DNA of 63,375 nt, filler included, from Pelomyxa schiedti (lineage: Eukaryota; Protista; Evosea), in assembly GCA_020536535.1 (NCBI GenBank). It is 8 parts of 8 records of this genome, joined end to end, with 100 filler letters (N's around TTAATTAATTAA, not from the genome) between each part and the next. Parts side by side here need not be neighbours in the genome. Positions count along the whole stretch, not along the records: positions 1 to 28,300 come from JAHLWZ010001023.1; 7 more parts are not named here. The stretch is one strand, 5' to 3'. The notes beneath the pieces are model-generated. The model saw only the letters and a list, made by a program, of their open reading frames with translations, was not told where the DNA came from and did no database searches. Made by a program: the position numbers and the translations under genes. This document shows, one piece after another, positions 11,872 through 24,562 of the stretch (positions are counted from its first letter, which is position 1; every line of letters starts with the position of its first letter).

Positions 11872-11962
11872 AGCATTATTCTCATCACTCCGCAAGTCCG
11901 TTCGAAATGCGCAATTGCCACTAGATACCAGATACACATTGATCGAATCGGAGACGAAGACG

Positions 11963-13572
11963 ATGATGCGAGGGGGACGAGGAGCAGGGGCACGAGGGGG
12001 GCGCGGCGGCGGTGGCAGGGGCGGGGGCAGGGGCGGGGGCGCGGCGAGGCACGAGTGGCGGCCGAGGCTGAGCCTGGCCGCGAGGCACCGGGCGGAGGAC
12101 CAGCAGCGCCTGCGCGAGGACGAGGAGCGGCGGCTGGCCGCCATGCGGGCCGAGGTGTCCCAGGTCCCCTTCGGCGACCTCCTGGCCGCCTCGCGCAGCG
12201 GCAAGTTCGACTCGCGGGGGCGGGCCGCGGCCGCCGCTGCGGCGAGGGCCACGGGCGGGGGCGCGGGCGTGGGTGCGGGGGCGGGAGGGGGCCCCGCGGA
12301 GGCGGGGGCGGTGAGCGCGCTGCACCTGCGGCTCGAGAAAATGAGGAAGGCGGCCAAGGCGGAGGGGGTGAGGCTGGCCAAGGAGAGGAGGAACAAGGCC
12401 CTGGGGCTGGACAGGCTGTACTCCCCGGCTGCCGGTATATTAATTCGAAATATGCCAACTACTGTGGGTTTAAATAATTTAGAAGAACAGTATTGCGGTG
12501 GCATATTTTGATCAATTATTATGATTCTTTATTATTAAAAAGGTGTTGTTAAAATGCAATTTAGAAATTACGGAGTTCTTTAATTCATCACACCCAAATG
12601 ATTGATTTTTAATATTGTATAGACACTGCATCGACGAGAAAATTGGGTCGGGACACTGACGCACCACTGGAGGTGCCGGCTAACAAACCTATCACTCGAT
12701 TTCGTCATGTGGTGACTTTACCTACCAAGAAATTTGCGAGGGACCCCCGGTTTGATTCTCTGAGCGGGAATTTCGACCCGTACCTGTTTAAATCCGGCTA
12801 CGGTTTCCTGTCAGAGATGCAACAACAAGAAATTCAGGAAATGAAGGAAACTTTGGCAGAGGCCCGGCATATTGAGCGTGACCTTTCTCGCAAGCGTTCT
12901 GCCCTTGATGGCAACCGCAATAGAGACCCAAGAGATACTGCAAATCCGGAAGAGCCAGAAAATGAGCAGAGTGAAAGGGAGAATGAGGAGAACGACAAAA
13001 ATGAAAAACAGGATGAGGATGAAGAAGAGGAGGAAGAGGAAGAAGAAGAGGAAGAAGTGTTTGTGGTACCAAAGAACACAGGAGTGGATGAGGAAGATGA
13101 AGAAGATGAGCAGTTACAAAAGGTTGTTGAAGCGGAAGCGGCTAAAGTACGAAATTCCCGGCAACTAGAAACAAAGAAGGAGAAACCCAAAAACGCCAGT
13201 AGCCTGCAGACAGAAAGCCAAGAGCTGAGGCAGAAAATACACACTCTCCAGCGGAATATGCACCTAATACAAGAACAGCAGGACAAGCTCAAATCGCACA
13301 TTGAGCCTACAGGACTTTCAGAGTGGCGTGAAACAATGAAGGACCGCGTGCTGAAAGGCAAGAGTGTATGGTACCCAAAGCGGAGTGATGCAAAGAAGGC
13401 CCAGTTGGTGCACCAGTTTGAAACAATGACGAGCGGCAAGGATGCAACACCACAGAGCATAAAGAGAGTAGAGAAGCTAGTGGAGAAGAAAATGGAAAAG
13501 CGGGACAAGAAGCAGAAATCGCGGCTACCAAGAGGAATACAAGGAACTCTCCCAAAGAGAAGAAGAGTATAA
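11963..13572 (+). CDS. RRP36: rRNA biogenesis protein RRP36 (DUF947)
   Basis: APLEVPANKPITRFRHVV...ARDPRFDSLSGNFDPYLFKSGYGFL and C-terminal K-rich WYPKRS...LVHQFE block; N-terminal VSQVPFGDLL; phase-1 intron 12435-12622 (GT..AG) joins the frames. Confidence 0.92.
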
Positions 13573-13858
13573 TACAAGTCGAAAGAACCTAAAACAGGCA
13601 AAAATATCAAGCCCGTAGTTATTTCTGGTGCACCAAAAGGTTGCCATAAATCACCATAAAATTGTCCAACGGCTCCCCTTGTTTCTAAATTGCACGATAG
13701 TCCAATCTTGTCTTTGAGCAACAAAGAGAACTCCTGTACCTTCTTTTTTTCCACTGTGAAGAAGAAATACGGGGTAAGTCGACAAGGACGATAGTTTATG
13801 TGGATTATCCTCTCTGTTCTCTGTCGATTTCCAAGAAAGGTTTTTTTCGGCGACAGTG

Positions 13859-16800
13859 ATGAAAGGGTCGCACCGATCCATGGTGCGGGCGGCCACGATG
13901 CGCCACTCCCGCAAGTCCTCCATCGACGACCCCCCCGCGTCCTCCGTCGCCGTCTCCCTCCCCACCCCCGCTACCACCACACCAACCACCAACACCACAA
14001 CCACCACGCGGGCCACCACCCCTGAGCTCTCCTCCTCCTCTTCCTCTTCCTCCTCGCTGGGCGTCTCCTCGGCCCCTTGGATCTCGTCCTCGCCCTCGGC
14101 CTCTGCCCCCTCCCCATCCCCATCTCTCGCGTCGAATCCGTCCGACTCTGCGGCGGCGGTCGCTGCGGCGGTGGGCGCGGAGCCGTCGGTGCGGGCGCGG
14201 CTGGGGGTGCGGTTCGGGGTGGGGGACAGGGAGAGGCTGGAGCGGGCGGTGGGGAGCCGGCGGGCCAAGCGGAGCCTCGCGCTGCTGCAGCGGCAGCAGG
14301 AGCAGGAGGAGCTGCACCGGCAGGTGCTCCTGCAGCAGCAGCAGCAGGCCCAGCAGAAGCAGAAGCAGCTCATGGTGATGTCCGAGCAGGGTGTCACCCC
14401 CATCGACGGCTTCTCGGCTCATCACTCTGGTTCTACTGTTACTGGTGCTAATATCATTTCTATAAGTAATAGTAGTAGTGGCAGTAGTGGTGGTGGTGGT
14501 AGCAGCAGCACTGGGAATTCTGCTTCTGCTATTGCGAGTACTGCTACAACTAGTACTGGTACTGGTTCGACTGTTACTACACATTCTGATTCTGCTGGTG
14601 TCAGTGGAACTGGGGCAGTGGCTGAGGTTGAGAAGAAACCTCCGCCTACTAAGAGACCTCCTCCTACACCGAATAGAGCAAGTGGAATCTTTGGGGAAGG
14701 AGTAGTCTCTCATGCTATTGCTAGTTCTGGTGATGGAAGTGACCCGCAACTGGAGAATGTGATGGGAGGGGAAATGACCAGGTTGGAGGAGTTTGTTTCT
14801 GGTCCGCTTTCAGAATGTGTGTCCAAACTTGCATCTACTCTCCTGGTAGCTTCCAATCAGGTTTTTCTCGTTATATAATTGTAACCTTTCTTATCAGGAT
14901 TTTGACGATGACAAAGAAGCTCAATTTAAAGCTTGCAAGGAGGATATTGAAAATACAGCTAAACGGATATTTGCTGATTTTTTCATCCCTGAATTGAAGC
15001 AACTGAAAGACAAGGCTGCCGCGGAGGCAAGAGCAAAGAGAAGAAATGCGATTGTTGCTGAGCTGGCAGCAACAGGTGTGCTCTCAACTTTTTAGAAAGA
15101 AAGTCTGAAGACTTCACAGAGGCGGACTATTTGAATGACTTGCATATAATGTCAAACATCTGGATACCCCAGTTGACGGCTACAAATTGTGCCACGCAAC
15201 AGGAGCTTAACCTTCTGTTTGGGACAATACCGCAGTTTATAATGCTTTCCACTGAGCTGGCTGATGAGTTTAAAAAGGCAAAAACAGCACCTATAAAAGA
15301 CCAAAAAATCGGGGGCAGTTTTAAGAACTTGGTTGGTATACTATAAAGCTCCTCTTTTCTCCCTGAACAAAAGTCACTTGACACCTCACAGTTTTAATCA
15401 CAGATCCCCTTTATCCGAATATACACTGAGTTTGCTTTGGCAAGAGATCAAGCCAGCGAACTTCTTGCAACTCTCCGTCAGAATAGGAAATTCACCTCCA
15501 CTGTTGAAGTAAATAGAATCGGAGTGTTTTTGTTCTCATTATTTGGTAGAAACTGAGACACCTACCTGAAGTGAGAAATCTCGATCTGCCTGATTACCTT
15601 ATCAAGCCTGCCCAAAGAATTGTCAAGTATCCACTTCTACTAAGTGATCTCATTAAGCATACTGATCCCAGTGCGTCCTGATTTTCTTGTCTGTTTATCA
15701 TTAATTTCTGTGAAGCCCACATTGATTACAAGGACCTTGTTGAGGCGGAAAGTACTATGAGGAAAGTTCTGAATGAGATCAATTCTTCAACTAGAAATAG
15801 GCAGACACTGCTGGTTCTCAGTAAATTAATACCAAACCTCACTTGGAAGCAAGAGGTACACGGGCATTCCAAAGGAAAAACACTTACTTTGCTACTTTCA
15901 GCCAATTGACCTTCTGGGCATGAAGACACATCTGTTGCTGGGAGAAAATATTAAAATTATCTTCTCCAGAACTGAAGACGAGGAACAGCAGAAGGTATTA
16001 CCCTCAAAAACTCATTTTCTTACATATTTTTTTTAAGGGAAATTATATTTACATCTTTGACACTCTGATTCTTGGTTGCCACCATCGGTCTGGAAAGTGG
16101 ACAGAACTCACCTGGTTTCATATCACCGACTGCATCCTGAAAGAAAATGTTCCAAATTCCAAATCAGGTGTGTAAAAGTATTCACTCTTTTTTCCCACTC
16201 CAGACCAGAACTGGCACTTTGTGTTGCTCACAGATCTCGCCCTGAAGAAATTATTGTGTTTCCCACAGATCCACAACAAAGACAACTTATAATCTCTCTG
16301 ATTTCTGATGCTATCCGTGATGCTCCCATTGAATCTAAGGTAACCCTTTACAAAGTTTTCTCCACACTGATCTCTTCCAGCCCATATTGATCAAGTACAC
16401 TGATGAAGAAAAAAAAACCAATCTCCCGTCATATACACCCACTTCCACCTCTCAACCATCAAGGCACACCTCCCTTCCCGTTGCCCTCATTCTGCCCTCA
16501 AAAAGTATTTCCCTGAATAAGAGTGACCCAGACCCCCATGAAAGAGAAAATTCCACTGAACCTCCAACAGTACAACCCCCAAATGGAGATGCACTCAATG
16601 CACTCAAAAAAGGGGATGCCTCTCCAGCAGGGTTCATACCACAAGTAACACTACTCAGCCCACAGCCACCTGCCCTTCCCCCGCCAAACTCAAATCAAAC
16701 GTCCCGGCCGATGCAGGGTCTCCCTCCCCATACACCCCCGCCGCCTCCGTCCCCTCCATCCCAAGCTGCACACCCGGCTCTCCACGATCCCCCGCCTCTA

Positions 16801-17529
16801 GACTCCGAGAATACCCTCCACCAGCCGAAAACACCCCCACCACACCCGGCTTCAGAAATTCCACCGCCGCCTTGCACCGACACACCAGAAAACCTTCCCA
16901 CAGAACCCGCCGAACCTCCCGCACAATCAGAGAACCCGGTGCCGCCGCCACCGTCATCACCCAAATCCCTGCCCCGGCCATCCCCCCATCTCACTCCACA
17001 TTCATATCCACCGGCCGAAGGCAGCACACACCCGGTAGCACCACCAAGACCCCTACCAAGGCAAGCATCATCCTCAGGCCTTCCACCGCGGCGGCCGGTA
17101 CCACAGGCACCAGCATCCTCCTCTGTAACAACAACAACAGCTACCACTAGCTCTAGTAGTGGTACCACTGAACAAACACCGCAAACAGGCACCCGTACTA
17201 GTATTCCACCAACACCAACACAGGACACAACCACAGCAGCTTTTGAGAACCCAAAGCCGAAAGCTACCGGAAACATCTCGGCCGCAATTGCAATATTCAA
17301 CAGCAATCCCTCCCTCATGAGCAACATCACACACACAACCCCACCACCCCAACAAAACCAAGGAATTCAGCATGCCAACAAAACAATAGCTGTAGGACCA
17401 AACAAACAACCCCTATCTAACAAACCACAAGAAGCAGCACCCACAGACCCCCTATCTGCTAAACCAACAACACCTGCACCAAAACTACCCCCACGTCCCA
17501 TATCAACATCAAACACCAACAAACTGTGA
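13859..17529 (+). CDS. Rho GEF (DH domain, probable PH) with Q/S-rich N-terminus and Pro-rich C-terminus, multi-exon
   Basis: DH motifs across exons: TEADYLNDLHIMSNIWIPQL, LLFGTIPQF, IRIYTEF, LPDYLIKPAQRIVKYPLLLSDLIKHT, DYKDLVEAESTMRKVLNEIN; final 380-aa Pro-rich exon. Confidence 0.85.
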
Positions 17530-17679
17530 AAACATATCAACAACTGCACTATATCCTAACAATCTTCCATTTTCAGTCTTACCAACAACTTGGGAACTCC
17601 GTGAGCAAGTTGTCCTCATCACTATTCAGTTTTTTGATCAAAGATCTTTTCGATCGTTTTTTCAGAGAAACTGCGAAAG

Positions 17680-19286
17680 ATGAACCTGAACAACCAGGTC
17701 CCACACCAGCAGATTATGCTGGGACCACCCCCGCCCCAACAGCAACCACAACATTATAATGGGATGCATCAGCCAACGCCAATCAACTACATTGCCAACA
17801 ACGACAATGACGACGTCGTGCTCTCTCCCACGCACTCCCATGTGGGAGGAGTCGGCGGTTTCGTAGGGGTGGACATGGGAAACCCCAACGCGAACCAAAT
17901 TATGGGGCCGGCCCAGTACCCACAACAGACACATCAACCGGGGTACCAATTACAAGGCGGTGCTACTAGTACCACAACCACAAACCCAAGGCCTCCTCCT
18001 TTGCCCGTCATGATTCCCACACAACAGAACCAGCAGAACCCACAATTCCAATTCCAACCTCCCACCGATTACGCTGTCATTCAATGGCAGCAGCAGCAAC
18101 AGCAGCAGCAACAACAACAAGCACAACAGCAGCAGGCACAGGCACAGGCACAAATGCTAATGCGTCAGTTTCAGCAACAGCAACAGCAGTTCTATATGCA
18201 ACAGCAGCAGCAACAGCAGCCTCTGCAGGGGGTTGTACTATACGGCGCACAAGCGGCGGACCCGCACTCGCAGCACCTGGGCCCCACGGTGCTCCCGCCG
18301 CCGTCCAACCGAGACTGGGCCGGTGGCATCTGGTCGGGCAACTGGTCCAGCGCCCCGTCGTTGCCGTGGAATGCATTCGCGCACGCGTTCCAGCAAACCT
18401 TTGGTGTTGACATCTCCGATTTTGATGCAAAGCGTATGCCATTCAGCCATTCATGCCTTGTTGGCTATTATAGGATATAATGGTTTTTTTTAATTAGATA
18501 TTGGGTGGGTATTGTTTTGATTATTGGATATAGATAACGTCACACTCTAAGCTTTTTTTTTTTTGTTATCCCTAGTGTATCCTCGAGCACCACCTATCAC
18601 TTCCTTTTCTAAAGACGAGTGGTGCCGGCTGAGTGATTACTGGTTTTCGTCTGTAACACATGAATTGTCTCATGTATGCCATCTCCTTACATCATTTCTT
18701 TCTAACGTATAAACGCCAGAATGTGGTGGAACAATGGCGCAGTTGCAAGTTAGTCATATATTTTTTCCCTCAAAATATTTACCAATTCTAGGTATTTCTT
18801 CGGTTTTACATCCAAACAAGTAATAGAAGAGGCACTACTATCTCAAAACCGAAAGGTAACATCCATTCGTTGTTCCGACGGCTGTCCCGGCCTATATTGT
18901 ATATCGGCAGCCTCCGGTGCAGAGGTAATATTCCGCTATTACACAAAACACACTTGTCTACTCTTCCTACAAAAATTTTCTTTTTTTTATTTGGAGATAA
19001 TGCCAAAACACTGTGTTCATAGGGAATTGAGCACACAAGGCTGGCCTACAGGTGGCCAGGACAAAATGGCTTCTGGGTTGGAGTTTCCACACCAGTCTAT
19101 GTGCTTGATGATGAATATGTTAATAACAACCCAGTCCCATTATCTGGTTGGTACTGTGTGGAGAGAACGGTCAAACCTTCGACTTATTACCCAACCATGG
19201 ATGCAATAATTCAGGTGTTAGCAGGCCTTCACTTTGCACTGCTTCTTCAAGGCGGGGGACTTTACATGACCCACCCAGACCTTTAA
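17680..19286 (+). CDS. Q/P-rich protein with STAT-like linker and SH2 domain (multi-exon)
   Basis: Spliced peptides SDYWFSSVTHELSH | MWWNNGAVA | YFFGFTSKQVIEEALLSQNRKVTSIRCSDGCPGLYCIS | GIEHTRLAY...YPTMDAII resemble the STAT linker-SH2 pattern W-x-W...LWNDG..GFISK...FLLRFS...H...SLxELI. Confidence 0.65.
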
Positions 19287-19341
19287 TCATGCATAAGATA
19301 AAGAAATGAACCTGTTCTTTTTTTCCCTTTTTTGCATTATT

Positions 19342-20069
19342 TTACATTTCTATGCGCTTGTAGACACCAATGATGCGGTGGCACTCACCACATTCGTGTT
19401 CCACATCCTTGTATTTTGTTGGCTGCTGATTCGAAGTGTAAAATTTGTATACCTTGCATTCGTTAAGTGCAAAAGGTACAAGGCAACATCCGCACCAGAA
19501 CCCAATAACACAAATGCCTCCTGTGCACGTTGTAAGAACCATACAATACTAAATTCAAAATTAACAAAGCATACCGGCAACAGCCCATGTAAACAACCCA
19601 GTCTTGTACCGCAGAACTGTAGTAGTGACAGAGTTGCAGTGTTCACACTGCACCTTCATTGGTCTTTTTTGAAGATGTACGTTAAAAGCTATGCAAATGG
19701 AGGGAAAGAAAAAAAAAGCCGAATGGCGACAGGGAAATATATATTTCCACACATATCCCGGTATCTAACAGTGCTCGAAACAGGTACAGTGGATACCGCT
19801 GTTGGTGGTGCCATCACTATTGAACAAGGTTACCATCAAGCTCGACTAATAATTTAAAACTACTTACAAACAAACAAACAAACAAACAAACAAACAAACA
19901 AACAAACAAACAAACAAACAAACAAACAAACAAACAAACAAACAACAACTATACAACAGTAAACACTACTAACACGTACTTAAATACTAAATGTAATATT
20001 ACCGTATACGACTGGTGGTGCACCGACCATCGTTGGTGGCATCGTCCCCGGCGCCGCTGTTACCTCCAT
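19342..20069 (-). CDS. LITAF: LITAF/SIMPLE-like zinc-ribbon protein (multi-exon)
   Basis: PMKVQCEHCNSVTTTVLRYKTGLFTW...GCCLVPFALNECK...DVEHECGECHRIIGVYKR matches the LITAF CxxC...hydrophobic...HxCxxC signature; Pro-rich N-terminal exons. Confidence 0.88.
19866..19944. repeat. (AAAC)n microsatellite in LITAF intron
   Basis: About 19 perfect AAAC units. Confidence 0.95.
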
Positions 20070-20213
20070 AATCACTGTGTGGTGTTCCGGTCAGATCTTG
20101 ATCAATCTGTCCAGCTGAGTCCAATTGGAACAGGTTTGCAGGTAACATGCAGGGCTTGGTTGTTTCACGTCTTATGGTTGTGTTGTATCTGGTCGCAAAA
20201 ACAATTCCGCCGT

Positions 20214-21108
20214 ATGAGTGGCGAGACGTCTTTATTGGCCGACGCAGTCGCGTCTTTGTCGTCAGGAGCTACTTCGTCATACGCCTGCGACGAGTGCACT
20301 GTTGCCCCGGCGACGCTGTTCTGCGCCCAGTGCGGCGGCGGCGCGTGCCTGTGCGCCCAGTGCAGCGCCTCCCTCCACGCCTCGCGGCTGGCCCGGTCCC
20401 ACGTCGTCCGCGGCCTCGGCGAGCGGGCGCAGGCGCCCCCGCCGTGCCCCCTGCACCCCGGGGAGCCCATGAGGCTGTGGTGCCTCCCGCTGTGCCGCGA
20501 GTGCAGCGAGGCCGCCGCAGAGGGCGCGCACGCGGGCCACAGGGTGGTGACGGTAGGCGCCGCCGCCGAGCACGCCGTGGCCGAGCTGGGGGAGGCGCTG
20601 GAGGAAGCCTGCGAGGTCGCCGAGCAGGCCGCCGGCCTCATGGAGGGCTCCCTCGGGGTAGACAAGGACCTGCAGAAGCAAGTGGGCGAGGCCGTTGCCG
20701 AGGTCGACGAGCTGGTTCGGGCAGCTGCAGGCCAAGCTCGACGAGAGGCGGGCGAACCTCAAGGCAGAGCTGAACCGGGAGGCCCAGAGGCTCTCTGCAC
20801 TAGAAGTTGCGTACAACCAGAACATGCAGTCCGCAGCGGACCCGCTGCCCGACGCTATCTCAGAGGCCACAAGGGTGTCCAAGATCGCGCAGAACCTGCC
20901 TTACACCGCACTTGCCGAGTACAGCAAAGTCTTGAGGGAGCTTAGGAATGCTAGCGGTGCAACTGCGTCGGCCATCAGGCGTAACCCACCGCCGGACCGG
21001 GCTCAGGCAATTGAATTGTATGTCGTTTCTGTGAGGAAAGAGATCGATGCACTTGGTGAAGTTCTTTCCAAAAGAAGTGGAATGGAAAAGCCTTCTTCCT
21101 CCAGCTAG
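20214..21108 (+). pseudogene. B-box/B-box/coiled-coil gene with a single-base frameshift (pseudogene or assembly error)
   Basis: CDECTVAPATLFCAQC...LCAQCSASLH (B-box1) and CPLHP...LWC..LCREC...HAGH (B-box2). An extra G at 20714/20715; removing it reads VDELFGQLQAKLDERRANLKAELNRE through to the stop at 21108. Confidence 0.75.
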
Positions 21109-21349
21109 ACCAGATGTTGTGTGAGATGGAAGGTATACTTTTCAGTGCCAAATCTCTACCTAACCGTTTCGTTAGAAATGGGAATCCACAGAGAATTATC
21201 AATCCAACTTCTTATGCAGCATGGCTCTGTACAGAACGTTGTTACAGCTCTCCAAAATGGTAAAATTTGCTTAACTCTTTCACTCCAAAAACAGTTCAAG
21301 CAAATCCTTTTCTTTCGATTTTTATACTGGTATTGTCTTCCAAATTATG

Positions 21350-22461
21350 TCACAAGAAGAAAGAGAGGGGCCTTATGAGGTTCAGGGATGTCAGACGAGG
21401 GAAATTGATTGTGAGGATGATGAGTCCTGATACAGGCTCAACCACCTCAATCCTGCTTGTGAATGACTTGAAGATGAACCCTGAAGCCACTGTCACGTGG
21501 TGGAACATGCTGTCATCCTCCTTCCTGTTGTTCAATTTCTCTCTTGGAAGAAGCTTGAGTGGTTGTTCCACATTGTCACGGTGGAAGAGCTTGAATGATA
21601 CCTCCTGATTGTTGGAGGTGCAGAATGACACACAGAACACTGAATCGGACAAGCGAAACACCTCATTCACTTCGTCATCATGGAAGCCGAGAGGCCTGGA
21701 TGTGCCTGTTGATTCCTCCACGTGGAACACCTCGTGGACTCTACGATTCCGTGCCCTCCTCAGTGTCTTGGCGATGAAGGTTCTTGACCCATAACGACCA
21801 GACGAGCGATCCCAGTTCCTCATCACAACAAGGGAGACCAGCGAGTGGCCAGTTGGGAACGCGCACGTCGTCGTGCTCAGCACAGCCAGGCTCCTGCTGT
21901 TGTACGTCTGCTCCACGTCAACAGCGAAAATCGTGGCACCGTTCCAAACGCTGTGCACCACAACCACTTCTCCATCAACAGACAGGTCACCACGCTCTGG
22001 CCGCACTGCATGACGACCGTGCTGGCGCCAGTGTGGACGTCGCGTACAGCGACGTAGAAGCCGCCGTCGAGGGTCATCACCCCTTCGACGACGCGGCGGC
22101 TGTCGGCGAGGCGGCCGACGCTGGGGGTGTGTGAGGGCCCGGTGGACACGCTCAGGAGAAGAGGGGAGGCCGCGAACCACAGGGTCGTGACGCTGTGGGA
22201 CCTGGACCCGGCGCTGGTGCCGCTGTACCCCGGGACCTGCAGTTCGAACCGCCTGATTGTGGGACGTATCCAGTCGGACCACAGCAGTTGCACGAAAGAG
22301 GTGGCGTGGCCGCGTCCCATAACCCGCTGCATGGCGCTGTCTCCGCCGCAACGCGCGATCGTCGCACCCGCCGCGAGCACTCCAAGTTGGCCTCGCGTCG
22401 TGGTGGCGCCGATTGGTGTCGCGTCGCAACACGAGTCGTGTGTGACGTTCCACGTCGCCAT
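21350..22461 (-). pseudogene. Family A copy with internal deletion and frameshift
   Basis: ATG at 22461 (MATWNV). The N-half is in one frame and the C-half (DLSVDGEVVVV...PLSFFL*) in another; 15 nt at 21991-22005 replace the 220 nt at 25201-25420 of the sister copy. Confidence 0.85.
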
Positions 22462-22966
22462 TGGTTTCTTTGATAGAGCTCAATCTACGAGGTCCCTCTG
22501 ATCAGTCTGGTTCTCCATCCCACAACAACAACGATCCTATGTACCCCTTTGTTAGGGGTACAGAACCGCACTAAAAACAACAGTTGGACCAACACCAGAG
22601 GGAGAACGAATGGAGAGATCAACAGACAGATCAGTGCTGGTTCTCCATACAATACAACCAAACACCGCAACAACGGAACTATGTCTCCCTTATGAGGCAC
22701 AGAACCGTACTACTGGCAACAGTGGGAACCAACTCCAGACCGAGAACAAGACCCATCCATGAATAATTGATTTGATTTTTGATTTCACCCAAAAAAAAAT
22801 TGATGTGGTTCTTGTTGGTGTGTGGTCACACGGCGCAGTGAGCGATGTGGTTGCGTGTGTTGTGCAAAGGTTGCTGTTGGGCCAAGAACGACGACCTTTT
22901 CATCGGCACCAAAGTATGCACAGAAGTACAGTGTCTGTTGATTATTTTGAAATTTGGTTGGTTCTT

Positions 22967-24280
22967 CTATGAACAGGAGAGTTCAGGAGGCAAGAAGAAA
23001 GAGAAGGGTGTTGTGATGTGGGCCAATGTGATGCCAGGGAAATTGATGGTGAGGACTGTGAAACCTGATATTGGCTCAATGACCTCAATCCTGCTTGTGT
23101 TCAATTGGAAAATGTAACCATACTCTGCTGTCAGTTGGAATGTGTTGGTGTCAGCGTGGGACTTGCTGGATTTGCTCATCCATGGAAGTTGAAGCGGTTG
23201 TGCCACATTGTCACGGTGGAAGATCTCAAATGATCCATCCTGATTGTTGTAACAGAATGACACACAGAACACTGAATCAGAGATTCGAAACAGACCTTCC
23301 ACAGTTTCACTGTGGCACTTGAGGTGCCTGGAAGCGCCTGTTGCTTCCTCAATGTGGAAGACTCTGTGGACTGCACCGTTCCATGACCACTTCTCGGTCT
23401 TTGCAATGAAGGTGCGTGATCCATAACGAGGAGAACAAAAATCCCAGTTCCGCATCACAATGAGAGAAGTCAGTGCGGAGCCAAATGGGAACTCACACCT
23501 CGTTGTGCTCAACACAACCAAGCTCCTTCTGTTGTATGTCTGCTCAATGTCAACAGCCAAAATCGTGGCTCCGTTCTGCACTGTGTGCACCACAATGACT
23601 TCGCTTTCAACTGACTGGTCAGGGTAAACGTAGATAAAGCTGGACCCAAAAATAGCCACAAACGGCATTCCCACAATAACGGCTTTCATTCCACTACCCA
23701 GGCCCCCACTCAGCTTTGCCACAGAAAGCGGTGTTGTTGCGGCTCCCTGCCCCCTGTTGTACGTGATCACAACGGCCCATTGTGAGTTGATTACAGCCAT
23801 CTGGCTTCGCCGAATCACGCGCGTGCTGAGGTCGTTGTGCAGATTCCTGATTGAGATTGCACAGCCACTGTCTTCACAGGGCTCCAATTGGATGACGTGG
23901 TAACCGTCGGCCAGGGCCCCGCTCCTGATTGTGGGAGGCCCCCCGAGATCTGGGCCGCAAGCGAGGCTCAGGAGCAGCGGGGAGACGCCAAACCACAACG
24001 TTGTGATGTGGCGGTAGGGCTTGGAGGTGGCGCCGGTGCTAGTCGAGCCAAAAACCTGGAAGACGAATTGCCTGATTGTGGGACGGACCCAGTCGGTCCA
24101 CAGCAGTTGCACCATCGACGCGGCGGGGCCGCGTCCCATAACTCGCTGCAGTGCGCTGCAGGCACCGCACCGCTCGACCGTCGCGCCGGCCGCGAGTGCA
24201 CCAAGTTGGCCGCGCGCTGTTATTGCGCCCGTCGGAGTAGCGTCACAACGCGCGTCGTTTGTGACGTTCCACGTCGACAT
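22967..24280 (-). CDS. Family A hypothetical protein (intact)
   Basis: 437-aa ORF starting MSTWNV, with all family motifs. Confidence 0.87.
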   Translation of the reverse strand: MSTWNVTNDARCDATPTGAITARGQLGALAAGATVERCGACSALQRVMGRGPAASMVQLLWTDWVRPTIRQFVFQVFGSTSTGATSKPYRHITTLWFGVSPLLLSLACGPDLGGPPTIRSGALADGYHVIQLEPCEDSGCAISIRNLHNDLSTRVIRRSQMAVINSQWAVVITYNRGQGAATTPLSVAKLSGGLGSGMKAVIVGMPFVAIFGSSFIYVYPDQSVESEVIVVHTVQNGATILAVDIEQTYNRRSLVVLSTTRCEFPFGSALTSLIVMRNWDFCSPRYGSRTFIAKTEKWSWNGAVHRVFHIEEATGASRHLKCHSETVEGLFRISDSVFCVSFCYNNQDGSFEIFHRDNVAQPLQLPWMSKSSKSHADTNTFQLTAEYGYIFQLNTSRIEVIEPISGFTVLTINFPGITLAHITTPFSFFLPPELSCS

Positions 24281-24562
24281 GTGTCGGGAGTTTGGTTGGT
24301 TTTTGACCAGTGAATGGTTTTGTTCAGTTCAAGAAACAAGAGAAAGAAAAATAAAAGTGATGCACAAGGAACCCTTGTTGAGGAAGAAGATTCAGGGCCA
24401 GTGTAAGGTTGTCTCTTTGAATACTGCGATGTTGTGGATGTTCTTTGGTACCAAAGTAATGATCAGTTTCACTAGACTGACCCTGGTTATCGGTGCTGGA
24501 ACCCCCGTTTTCACAGGTGAAAGTTTTCTGGAATGAAGGTTTCCCAACATACAGTCATTGTG

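Noticed and set aside
9735-19944. Long tandem repeats as possible CRISPR or telomeric arrays
   Set aside because: They are simple intronic microsatellites with no spacers and no cas genes.
24324-24500. Minus-strand stretch ending ...RDNLTLALNLLP...FSFSCFLN*, resembling a family A C-terminus
   Set aside because: Similarity is limited to two short motifs; it could be an ancient remnant but cannot be supported by eye.
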